Positions 8,317-17,393 of a stretch of DNA of 64,000 nt are shown here, piece after piece. Position numbers and translations under genes: made by a program. The notes below the pieces were generated by a model, which was not told the origin of the DNA, did no database searches, and saw only the letters and a list, made by a program, of their open reading frames with translations. Numbering within the stretch: position 1 is the stretch's first letter; each line of letters starts with the position of its first letter. Origin of the DNA: a virus; IMG/VR virus record IMGVR_UViG_3300032516_000007, positions 32,001 to 96,000 of that record. One strand, 5' to 3'.

Positions 8317-8324
8317 TGCCGATC

Positions 8325-8828
8325 ATGGCCAAGAGCACTGATCAAGAAAATGGCAGGAAGTCTGGGATCATCAGAGTAGCACAAGCCGTTGCGATCATCT
8401 TAGGTGCCGTTGGGACTGCGGTTGCTGCGGTTTACGGAGCCACCAAACCAACGGGCATCGAGGCTGAGGCGGTCTACCATGCCCAGAGCAAAGAGATTGT
8501 AGCTCTCCAGGAGTATGCCAAGTCTAGTTCAATTGTGATTCAGAAGGCTCGTGAAGAGTGCCTCCAGCAGTCCTCTCGAGCTGAGGCAGAAGTAGCTGCG
8601 GTGAAGACCTACGTGGCAGGTTACCTGCTGGGTCTTCAGGCTGGCACAACGAGGATTCAGGGTGAGAAGAGGGAACAAAAGGCTCTGGACGCTCTCATCG
8701 ATGCAATGGTGGTCAAGAAGAGGAGGGAGGGGAAGGAGAAAGTCCTCCCGGCTCCAGTTCCTCCTGATGTGTCTAAGTTGAAGCGTCCCTCCGACTATCA
8801 ATCGGTTATTCAGCAGAGTAAGAACTGA
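8325..8828 (+). CDS. Membrane-anchored coiled-coil protein
   Basis: N-terminal TM segment VAQAVAIILGAVGTAVAAVYG. Confidence 0.6.
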   Translation: MAKSTDQENGRKSGIIRVAQAVAIILGAVGTAVAAVYGATKPTGIEAEAVYHAQSKEIVALQEYAKSSSIVIQKAREECLQQSSRAEAEVAAVKTYVAGYLLGLQAGTTRIQGEKREQKALDALIDAMVVKKRREGKEKVLPAPVPPDVSKLKRPSDYQSVIQQSKN

Positions 8829-8829
8829 G

Positions 8830-9069
8830 ATGTTGTTTCCGTTCGATGATCCTATTGTTGATATCTCATTCACATGTAAACACTGTGGTCATGTTTGCTT
8901 CAACACGAATGGTCAGGTTCAAGCCTGCATGTGTTCTGGGGCTGAGCAAGGAAGAGTTGAGGACAAGGAACGGCAGAGAGCTTTCAGTCGTCAGCAGGAA
9001 TTCACTCAACCATCCTCGGTTGAGATCAGAGAGCAACGGAAATTGAGGACTGGAAAGAATCGTCACTAG
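8830..9069 (+). CDS. Small zinc-ribbon protein
   Basis: CKHC...CMC. Confidence 0.5.
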   Translation: MLFPFDDPIVDISFTCKHCGHVCFNTNGQVQACMCSGAEQGRVEDKERQRAFSRQQEFTQPSSVEIREQRKLRTGKNRH

Positions 9070-9096
9070 TAGCATGGCCTGGTAAAGGAGACAGTC

Positions 9097-9906
9097 ATGA
9101 AAGTGGACGGGCTGCGGTACTTGGACAAGGATGTTGAAGAGGAGATGGAGAAGGAGAAACCGTCCAATGATCCTGCTTATTGGGCGAAGAAATCCTGCAA
9201 GCATTGCTGTGGTAGGGGAGTTATCGGAACGCAGACCACTACGATGAAGGGTAACAATACCATCTCTCAGAATATGATCTGCGTTTGCTGTAGGAAGAAC
9301 TATCGGAAGTGGCGGGAGGATTGGTTGGCGAAGAAGGATCAAGAGAAGATAGCTGCCAAGGGGACAAACGGGAGTGACAAGCCCAAGGAGCCTAGCACAG
9401 CACTGGTTGAGAGGTTGGAAAGGATTGGAGATCACATAGCTATTATGAATGCTGAGATCATTGGGTGCGATACCAGGATGAATGAGTTGCCTCAGCATTC
9501 TCAAATTGCTGCCTTCAATGAGACGATTCAACTTCTCCAGAACGAGATCATGACGACCCATGAGTCAATCAATGCCATGGTTGACAAGTGTATTGATCTG
9601 CACAATCAGGCTCAGGGTCTTCTGGAAGAGTCTCGGATGAAGACCAAGGAGGCTGTTCGAATTGAGTTAGAGGTCAAGGGAAGAAGGGACATGGAGATCC
9701 CCAAGATTCACGAGAAGATTCAGGGGATGGAACAGGCCAAGGGGGTAGCGGAGGCAGGTCTCAGTCGGGCAGAGCATCAGATTCGTCGTCGGAGGCGAGT
9801 AGCCCAGGACAAGCTGGATCGCCTGGAAGACCGCAAGTATCGACTTTTGAGGGAAGGTCAGGTAGAATCCACGCCGGATTCAGAGGACTTGTCTGAGACA
9901 GTTTGA
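9097..9906 (+). CDS. Zinc-finger (CxxCxGxG) plus long coiled-coil protein
   Basis: CKHCCGRG...CVCC, then a heptad-rich region. Confidence 0.65.
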   Translation: MKVDGLRYLDKDVEEEMEKEKPSNDPAYWAKKSCKHCCGRGVIGTQTTTMKGNNTISQNMICVCCRKNYRKWREDWLAKKDQEKIAAKGTNGSDKPKEPSTALVERLERIGDHIAIMNAEIIGCDTRMNELPQHSQIAAFNETIQLLQNEIMTTHESINAMVDKCIDLHNQAQGLLEESRMKTKEAVRIELEVKGRRDMEIPKIHEKIQGMEQAKGVAEAGLSRAEHQIRRRRRVAQDKLDRLEDRKYRLLREGQVESTPDSEDLSETV

Positions 9907-9977
9907 ATTGACAGTTGCTTATCTACCTGTGATTCTAGAACCAACCTGATCCCTGGTGGACGATAGGAGGAAGTGTC

Positions 9978-10676
9978 ATGTCCTATAACCCCGCGCGAGC
10001 AAACGGTAGGCCAGTAGCAGCAAGTCTGAAAGCACGTCAACGACTCCCAATTCTTGGGAGTGGCATCAAACACAGTCAGATTGCCCAGAGAGAGGGTCCT
10101 CGTGGGATCAATGTGGCTGACATCCGAAACCGAGAGGAAACTGCTCGAGGTTGGAGGGTGTTGACCTTCAAGGGTGATGAGTTCGAGATGGTCTACGAGT
10201 ACATCTGTGCTCGGAATCACACAGGGCTGATCAAGAATGAAACCCAGGATCGATGTTTCCGGGTGTTGGCGGGTGTGGTTTTCGTGACCATCGGTGAGGA
10301 CACAGATCAGATTCAGACGGGGCAGGGATTCTCCATTCTCAAGGGAACGGAGTATGCTCTGGCTACAGCTGGGACGACAGATGCAGAGGTTCTGCTCTGT
10401 CAAGGTACCGACTATGATCAGAAGGTGATTCAGGTTTCTGATCCCCAGAAGGTCAGTGCCATTGCAGTTGTTTCAGAACCAGTGGCCGCTCCTCAGCGTG
10501 AGTCTCGTTCATCCAAGTCGGCAGAGCAGGCAGCCAAGATCGAATCTGACAGAACTGCACGAGAAAAGGTCAGAAGGACTCCAGTGGGTAGGAAAGAACG
10601 TGCTCCGCTAGCGTCACAGACTGTGACCGGCGTGAACCCGCGCCCAGTTGGTGCGGCTGGCTATAGTGAAGACTAA
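9978..10676 (+). CDS. Cupin-fold domain protein
   Basis: FRVLAGVVFVTIGEDTDQIQTGQGFSILKGTEYAL cupin beta pattern; metal-binding His residues not evident. Confidence 0.6.
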   Translation: MSYNPARANGRPVAASLKARQRLPILGSGIKHSQIAQREGPRGINVADIRNREETARGWRVLTFKGDEFEMVYEYICARNHTGLIKNETQDRCFRVLAGVVFVTIGEDTDQIQTGQGFSILKGTEYALATAGTTDAEVLLCQGTDYDQKVIQVSDPQKVSAIAVVSEPVAAPQRESRSSKSAEQAAKIESDRTAREKVRRTPVGRKERAPLASQTVTGVNPRPVGAAGYSED

Positions 10677-10694
10677 CACCCACGGGGGTACAGC

Positions 10695-13103
10695 GTGGAC
10701 CCACGGATCTCCCGTCAGGTTGATCAGGGGCAACTCAAAAAGGGATTAGATCTCATTGGTCAGTTGATGAGGTTGTCCCTCATCAAAGCTGATGAGACCA
10801 AGGGACCCCTGCCTGGGCAGGCCAAGCTACCAGGAACAAGTCAGGAACCATTTACTTTTAAGCAGCCTGGCGGCGTTCGTCTGACTACTCGTCCGTCTTC
10901 ACCAACCAGGCCAGTAGCATCTGGACCTCAACTCAAGCTGCCAGGGCATGAACCCCATCAGTCAAATCTTCCTCAGACAGAGAAGATCACTCCCAAAGTT
11001 CTACCTGAGCCTCATGCTCCTGAGAAACGTGAGCATGAGGCTGGTCCGCTTCTGATCGGTGGTGGACAATCAAAGCAAGCAGATTGGGGAGGTCTCGAGG
11101 CAGCAGCAAAAAGGGCTCAGGCTGCTGGTCCTGCATTTAAGCAAGAATCTGGATCAAAGATTTTCACTCCTGAGGGTCGAATAGTTGATCCTTCAGGGAA
11201 AACTCCATCTCGTCAACGTTTGGGTCAAGAGACGATGATGGCTGCACCCAGATCTGCCACACCTAAGATTGTGGTTCCGGGTGCGGAAAAGCCATCGGCT
11301 GAGATCATAACTCCTGGACCTCAATCAAAACCAGGAGCGGAGATCATTAAGCCTGCTCCAACTGTTGAGCCTTCAATTGGAACAGAGGGGCGTCGTAAGG
11401 AGATGATTGGTGAGGGGCTCGAGGCTGTCAGTTCAAAGCCAGGAGAAGAACGGACAGCAGCGATGAAAAGGACAGCAGCTCTTCTTGGTTCTAGAGGAAG
11501 AGAACGAGCTGCTGAAGCCCCAGTTTCGACGGAAGCTCGTCTGGCAACTCCTCAAAGTTACTGGATGCCAGGTAAGCCAGGTAAAGATCAACCTGCTGAA
11601 GCGAAAGTTCTTGGTAAACCAGAGGGTGAGGGTGATCTTACTACTGGGGAGGGTGGTAAGGAGCCATCTGGTAAGAAGGGTGGGAAGGAACCATCCGGGC
11701 TTCCTCCTTCGGGTTGGGATCCCTTCAAGAAGCTCAGTCGGAGAAGCAAAAGAAGAGGACCAAATCTTATAGGAGGATATGGGTTTGGTCATGCTATGGG
11801 GGCTACAGCAGCGTCACCGGGAGGGGGAGCTGCCCAGCTTGGAATGTTGACTGGGAGGGCGGTTTCAACGGTTCATGGATTGCTCAATCGTCAGGGCTCT
11901 CGTTACGGATCTCGTTATGAGATGGCTCGGCTTGGTCGGGAAGGTGAGCTGACTCGTCGAGCCCAACTTGGAAGAATGCAGGGTGAGGCTGGGGGTGTCA
12001 TGACCCAAGGTTCCATGGTAAGATCATTGTTCATTAGGGTTGATGATGGAGGGAATGAGCTGGTAAAATCTAGGATCAAACCTAAGAAACCAAAGTCTCG
12101 TCTTTTTGTTTCTCTCTATTCCAATTCTGCTTTGTTTGGGCGTGGAAAGAAGGAGAAGGAAAAGGAGCCAACGGTTCAGCTTCCGACTCTCATGCCTAAG
12201 ACTTCAAAACCTCGCACCGTCACTCTTTTTGGAAAAGCCAAGGATGAGTTCATTCCTGATCCTCAGAATGAGGATATCCAGCCAGATGAGGAAGATGGTG
12301 TGGCATCTGTGTTGGTGGGCGATAGTGATCTGGTGAGCAAGGCAGCTCGAGGACCCCGACCCCGACGGAGGACCCGGCGCTTGATCTTACATCATGAGAA
12401 GAAGATGGTGGAGCATCAGAATCTCATGGTCACGAGTCCCACTGCGGAGGGTGCGAATCTTCACGCTAAGGCAATGGGCCTACACCTTCAAGCTAGGGGT
12501 AGGCATATGAGAGGGGATGCCAGAGCAGAAAAGACTAGCATAGAAGCAAATGTTGCTAGTGAGTCTGCACATAGTGGGATCAACAAGGCTGGGGCAGCTC
12601 AAGAATCAACTGGAAGGTGGACCCTCGAAGATCCAGTACAGGCCAAGCGGGAGCAAGAGCATGGTCTGTATCGTCAACCCACAGGTGTGAGTGGTGGGCC
12701 AACTCCTGATCTTCCGGAGAGAGGTAAGGATTGGCATGGTACGGTTCCTGGGGTTCCCGACGAACCTCAGGATGATGATGAGGAAGAGATTGAGGAAACT
12801 TGGGCGGCTCCAAAGCCAATTCTGGAATCAGAAAAGAAGAAGACTTCAGAGGTGAGTAAAGCACTTGCCTCCTACTGTAGAACTCAGCAAAGAGCACGGG
12901 ATGTATTGAAGTCTCTCCCTGATCTCCATATTGGCCCAGATCTCTCTCCTCGTGAGTTGGAGTTTTTGAAATCACAGGGTGTTGATGATGACGCTATCAT
13001 ACGAGGTAATCTCAGGATCACTCCTCGCATGAGAGTTGAGTTTCGACAGTTCATGACGGACAGAGTGTTCAAGTCTCTGTCTGGGTTGAGGAATCAGACA
13101 TGA
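10695..13103 (+). CDS. Large low-complexity protein upstream of portal (putative head-associated)
   Basis: 802 aa, P/G/K/E-rich; many hydrophobic-x-K[ASG] motifs (LIKA, LVKS, VSKA, VLKS, VFKS). Confidence 0.65.
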   Translation: MDPRISRQVDQGQLKKGLDLIGQLMRLSLIKADETKGPLPGQAKLPGTSQEPFTFKQPGGVRLTTRPSSPTRPVASGPQLKLPGHEPHQSNLPQTEKITPKVLPEPHAPEKREHEAGPLLIGGGQSKQADWGGLEAAAKRAQAAGPAFKQESGSKIFTPEGRIVDPSGKTPSRQRLGQETMMAAPRSATPKIVVPGAEKPSAEIITPGPQSKPGAEIIKPAPTVEPSIGTEGRRKEMIGEGLEAVSSKPGEERTAAMKRTAALLGSRGRERAAEAPVSTEARLATPQSYWMPGKPGKDQPAEAKVLGKPEGEGDLTTGEGGKEPSGKKGGKEPSGLPPSGWDPFKKLSRRSKRRGPNLIGGYGFGHAMGATAASPGGGAAQLGMLTGRAVSTVHGLLNRQGSRYGSRYEMARLGREGELTRRAQLGRMQGEAGGVMTQGSMVRSLFIRVDDGGNELVKSRIKPKKPKSRLFVSLYSNSALFGRGKKEKEKEPTVQLPTLMPKTSKPRTVTLFGKAKDEFIPDPQNEDIQPDEEDGVASVLVGDSDLVSKAARGPRPRRRTRRLILHHEKKMVEHQNLMVTSPTAEGANLHAKAMGLHLQARGRHMRGDARAEKTSIEANVASESAHSGINKAGAAQESTGRWTLEDPVQAKREQEHGLYRQPTGVSGGPTPDLPERGKDWHGTVPGVPDEPQDDDEEEIEETWAAPKPILESEKKKTSEVSKALASYCRTQQRARDVLKSLPDLHIGPDLSPRELEFLKSQGVDDDAIIRGNLRITPRMRVEFRQFMTDRVFKSLSGLRNQT

Positions 13104-15052
13104 TGCCCGGTGTTGACTATTCTGCAATTCAGAAGTCCATCGCAGACAGCACTCGTCTTGAGGACATCTATTCTGATGCCCAGCAGCTCAAGGCGATGAC
13201 CTCTCATGTTCCTGTGGTTACCAAGCAAGATCCAGAAGCTCTCCAGAAGGCGTGGCGCACCATGTCTATGGAGAAGCCTGTAAAGGGTCCTAAGTCTGTC
13301 TTCTTTGATCCTTTATCTCTTCAGTATGCGATGGGGTACAAGGATCGTCGATATTCCTTGACCTATGATACGTTGAAAAGAATCGTCAACCAGCTCAGCA
13401 TTGTGGCTGCGATTGTTAACACACGTATCGCTCAAATTGCTGCCTTTGCAATGCCTTATAGAACTACCAAGTCTCTTGGCTTCATGGTTAAGCACAAGAG
13501 TCCAGAGCACATGACCACTCAGAGTGAGCGACGTTTCATTCAGATGCTTGAAGCGTTTGTCTCAAGTTGTGGTGAGCCTGGGCGGCGAAATCCGTACAGT
13601 AGGTTTGATCGAGACGACTTCGAGGCGTTTTTGAAGAAGATCGTCAGGGATACGATGACCTATGACCAGATCGGAATTGAGATTGTTCCCAGGAACAATA
13701 CCATTCCCTTTGAGTTTCTGGCAGTGGATGGTTCTACACTTCGTCTGGCATCGGCTGACCGATTTCCTGGAAGCGGGAGTGAGTACAGTTACCATGCTCG
13801 AAATGTGGTGGGAGGTTTTACACCTTATCGTTTCCAAGGACTCTACACGGGATCCTATGGCTTAAACAATCCGCGACAAACTGATCCCGAGTCCATTCAG
13901 TATGTGCAGGTTGTCAATGGTCAGATCGAGAATGTTTACACTCGAGATGAGTTGGCTTTTGGCGTTCGGAATCCTCGAACAGATATCTACATTCAGGGAT
14001 ATGGTTTCGGAGAGATTGAGCAGCTCATTACCATCATCACTTCTCTTCTTTATGCCGAGGAGTACAACAAAAGATATTTCACCCAGGGATCCCATCCTAA
14101 GGGAGTTCTCAACTTTAAGGGAGATAACTGGACTCCAGACCAGCTCGAAGCATTCAAGCGTCAATGGATTGCTCAAGTAGCTGGAACAGAGAACAGTTGG
14201 AAGACTCCTATCACTCAGTCAGAGGGGATTGAGTGGATCAACCTCCAGATGTCCAACAAAGAGATGGAGTTTGGACGTTGGATTGAATACTTGATCAAGA
14301 TCGTTTGTGGTGTGTTTCTCATTGATCCCGCTGAGATCAACTTTGACCTTCATGGTGGTGTTCAACAGACACCCCTTTTCGAATCAAGTCAGGAATGGAA
14401 GCTCAAGGCTTCTCGGGATCGAGGGCTCAAGCCTCTTCTTCGCTTCATTGCCAAACTGATCAATACTCATATCATCGACAAGATCGATGACCACTTTGTT
14501 TTTGAGTTTGTGGGTCTGGATGAGCTTTCAGAGCAAGAGAAGCATGAGATGCTCAAGGAGCAGACCGCAAGCTACATGACTCTCAATGAGGGACGACGGT
14601 CGCTGGATCTTCCTGATCTTCCCTACGGGGATGTTCCGATGAATCAAGCTTACCTCCAGGTTCTTCAGTTGAAGATGCAGGAGAATCAGCAGGCAGAACA
14701 GAAGGAGCAGCAGGAACAGCAGATGGCAGCCCAGCAGCAACAGGCAGCGGCTCAACAACCTGGCCAACCACCCTCGGGTCAAGAGGGAGCCCCACCTCAA
14801 GGCCCTGTGGGAGCCCCACCTCAAGGCCCTGTGGGAGCCTCACCTCAAGGAGTTCCTGGGGTGAATCCTGGTGGTCCTGAGGCTGCTGCTGGTGTTGGGG
14901 CGGTTCCAGAACCAACGGGAGAGCCCACACCAGAGGAAGCTGCTGCTGTGAATCCTCCTCCTCAGTACGCTGCCAATTTTGGCAAGTCAATGAAGGGTAG
15001 TAGGGAGATTGTTATTACCCTTGATCATTGGAAAGACATGAAGCGAGGCTAA
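13100..15052 (+). CDS. Portal protein
   Basis: FLKKIVRDTMTYDQ, RNPRTDIYIQGYG..E.E, DPAEINF and SRDRGLKPLLRFI motifs of SPO1/Twort-type portals; Q/P-rich C-tail. Confidence 0.92.
   Translation: MMPGVDYSAIQKSIADSTRLEDIYSDAQQLKAMTSHVPVVTKQDPEALQKAWRTMSMEKPVKGPKSVFFDPLSLQYAMGYKDRRYSLTYDTLKRIVNQLSIVAAIVNTRIAQIAAFAMPYRTTKSLGFMVKHKSPEHMTTQSERRFIQMLEAFVSSCGEPGRRNPYSRFDRDDFEAFLKKIVRDTMTYDQIGIEIVPRNNTIPFEFLAVDGSTLRLASADRFPGSGSEYSYHARNVVGGFTPYRFQGLYTGSYGLNNPRQTDPESIQYVQVVNGQIENVYTRDELAFGVRNPRTDIYIQGYGFGEIEQLITIITSLLYAEEYNKRYFTQGSHPKGVLNFKGDNWTPDQLEAFKRQWIAQVAGTENSWKTPITQSEGIEWINLQMSNKEMEFGRWIEYLIKIVCGVFLIDPAEINFDLHGGVQQTPLFESSQEWKLKASRDRGLKPLLRFIAKLINTHIIDKIDDHFVFEFVGLDELSEQEKHEMLKEQTASYMTLNEGRRSLDLPDLPYGDVPMNQAYLQVLQLKMQENQQAEQKEQQEQQMAAQQQQAAAQQPGQPPSGQEGAPPQGPVGAPPQGPVGASPQGVPGVNPGGPEAAAGVGAVPEPTGEPTPEEAAAVNPPPQYAANFGKSMKGSREIVITLDHWKDMKRG
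14785..14850 (+). repeat. 24-bp tandem repeat in the portal C-tail (GAPPQGPV)
   Basis: GGGAGCCCCACCTCAAGGCCCTGT x2 plus a partial third copy. Confidence 0.85.
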
Positions 15053-15054
15053 CT

Positions 15055-17388
15055 GTGTTGAAGAAATCCATAGATAAGAAGTCTACGATGTTTGAGTTTG
15101 GTTCCAAAGACCAGCAGGAAGCTGAGCTGAAGAAACCTCGTGATCTTCCTCTTCTGATCAGCAAGGAACGTCTCCCCAAAAAGACAATTCCAGAACCACG
15201 ACTCTCAAAGGAGACGTGGGCCGAGGCCAAGCATCAGTCAGACACAGAAAAGGCAATGGAGGAGTTGGCTCAAAGGGCCAGGATGAAGAAGCCTTCGGAA
15301 CATGCTCTTCGGGTGAGGTCTGAGCGAAAAGCACGTCTTGCTGAACCTTCACAGCGTACTGTCAAAGTTCATCTTGGGAAGACAACGCGCTCCCCAAAAG
15401 CAAAGATCGAGAAGGCTGGGAAAGAGAAGCATTACGGGACCCATTATGGAACAAAGGACCCTAAAGGATCGACAAAGCGAATTGCTGAGTATAAGACAAA
15501 GGGCGGAAAGATCAAGTCACCTCCTGACAGCCCAAAGGGTCGTGAGGAGATGGCTTCAGAGATGATTGCTCACCACCAACATCATCTTGGTCGTCATCCA
15601 GGCGGGAGGGCTCAGGCTATTGCCATTGGGCTTAATCAAGCTGGGATGAGTCAAGATCAGACGAGGAAAGCCATGGGAAACGCATTCATTCAAGAGTCTG
15701 CTGAAGCTCGGCTTGGGGAGATGTTTGGTGTTGAGCTGGATCTGAGTCCTGTTGATCTGATGAAGTCCATGACGCTTGCAAGCGAAGCAGATGTCATCGA
15801 ATCGCTGCGGGGGATTGGGAAGGCGATAGGGGATGGCAACACAGTGAAGGCTTACGTTGACTTCAAGAATCTGACTCAGAAGATTGCTACACGGGGAGGT
15901 GTGGACAACCCGACTGCGGTGGCAACCACCCTCTTGAAGAAAGGAAATCCCGGTGGCATGTCTGGCTATGAGAAGGGTGTGGCCATGTACGGAACCGATG
16001 GGATGAAGAAGATGGCTCAGGGTCATCTCACTTCTGAAGAGATGAAGACCCAGAAGGCGTATCCTCTTGGCGAGGGTCCCAAAAAGGTAGGTGGATCAGA
16101 GTTGTGGCTTGATCCTATTAAATCGAAAAAAGAAAGTGGGGATAAGAAGATCGATCTTGGTACAGCTCCACCACATCTTGGGAAGTACACAGAAGCATCT
16201 CGAGCAGAGAAGGCTATGGGGAAGCAAGAAGAAGAGGAGTTCGTTCCCAAGGACAAGCCCGACATCTCCAAGATGGGTCCTGGTCCGTCAGTCGGTGCTG
16301 GGATTGGTGGAGCTTCTGGGGGTCGTCCTTCTGTTGGAACTGGTCTTGGAAAGGGTGTGGGGGAGCAGAAGAAAGGATACAAAGGGGAGTGGAAAACCGA
16401 GGGTGGTGTCGATACTTTTAGTGGTGGGGAGAAAGACAAGCCCCTTGGTACTCTGCCCCATGAGCAGCCGGGTTTTAAGGCTCCCTCCCTGGGAGGATCA
16501 AAGCCTCCTCCCATGCCTCATGAGATCAAGGTTGGAACCTCTGGTGGGTTCAAAACGGGTCAAGGAGAGGGCGGCCCCCACATGATCACGTCGGCGAAAC
16601 CAGAAGTTCCAGCAATGCCCAAAGTCAAGGAACCATCGATGGAGCCTGGATCAACCCTTTCGTTGACCTCACTGAAGGAACCTGGGAGCAAGAGCGTGAA
16701 GAAAGCGATGCGTGAACTGATGGAGATGAGCAAGGGACATGGTGGGAAGGGTCCCGCCAAGACAGGTGGTGGTGAGTGGCATTGTCCCAATGCTGGGCCA
16801 GCCTATCGTGGTGTGATCGAGTGGGATGAGGAAGAGAATCAGGCTGGTTCTGGTCGGGCTCAGACGGGAGCTGGAACACCACATCCCCCCAACAGGGGAC
16901 CGGCGAAGACTGGTGCTGGTGAGACTCACCACCCAAATGCTGGGCCAGCACAGACCGGTGTTGGTGAGAGGCATTGGGAGGGTCGCGAGGTGAGCAAGGC
17001 CATGAAGGCTTCATCTGTCCCAAGACTGCCTCGTGGGATGGCCGCAAGCATGGACACCTGGAGATCAGCAACCAGCGTTCTGACACGGACCAATGCACTG
17101 CTGCGTCCTCAGATTGCTCTCATCCCCGATTCTCTGGCAGATGGGAGTGGGAGACCATCTACGCACACCGAGTTCTACAAGTCAGATCTGATGTCTTGTG
17201 AGAACTGTGGGAGAACATTTGCCAAGAGTCACGGTGAGTGTCCCACATGCATCATGAGTAAGGCTTTGACTTGCAAGTCTTGTGGTTCTGCCATGCACAA
17301 GGGTCGGGACGGTGATCTTCGTTGTTCAGCCTGTGGGCAGGGTACCATGAAGGCGTTGGATCAGAAGTCAGACGGATCAATCGGCTAG
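15055..17388 (+). CDS. Large low-complexity head-region protein with 15-aa repeats and C-terminal zinc ribbons (start uncertain)
   Basis: GPAKTGxGExHxPNA repeats (~16750-16980); CENC/CPTC/CKSC/CSAC; numerous K[AS] motifs. Confidence 0.7.
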   Translation: MLKKSIDKKSTMFEFGSKDQQEAELKKPRDLPLLISKERLPKKTIPEPRLSKETWAEAKHQSDTEKAMEELAQRARMKKPSEHALRVRSERKARLAEPSQRTVKVHLGKTTRSPKAKIEKAGKEKHYGTHYGTKDPKGSTKRIAEYKTKGGKIKSPPDSPKGREEMASEMIAHHQHHLGRHPGGRAQAIAIGLNQAGMSQDQTRKAMGNAFIQESAEARLGEMFGVELDLSPVDLMKSMTLASEADVIESLRGIGKAIGDGNTVKAYVDFKNLTQKIATRGGVDNPTAVATTLLKKGNPGGMSGYEKGVAMYGTDGMKKMAQGHLTSEEMKTQKAYPLGEGPKKVGGSELWLDPIKSKKESGDKKIDLGTAPPHLGKYTEASRAEKAMGKQEEEEFVPKDKPDISKMGPGPSVGAGIGGASGGRPSVGTGLGKGVGEQKKGYKGEWKTEGGVDTFSGGEKDKPLGTLPHEQPGFKAPSLGGSKPPPMPHEIKVGTSGGFKTGQGEGGPHMITSAKPEVPAMPKVKEPSMEPGSTLSLTSLKEPGSKSVKKAMRELMEMSKGHGGKGPAKTGGGEWHCPNAGPAYRGVIEWDEEENQAGSGRAQTGAGTPHPPNRGPAKTGAGETHHPNAGPAQTGVGERHWEGREVSKAMKASSVPRLPRGMAASMDTWRSATSVLTRTNALLRPQIALIPDSLADGSGRPSTHTEFYKSDLMSCENCGRTFAKSHGECPTCIMSKALTCKSCGSAMHKGRDGDLRCSACGQGTMKALDQKSDGSIG

Positions 17389-17393
17389 CCATC

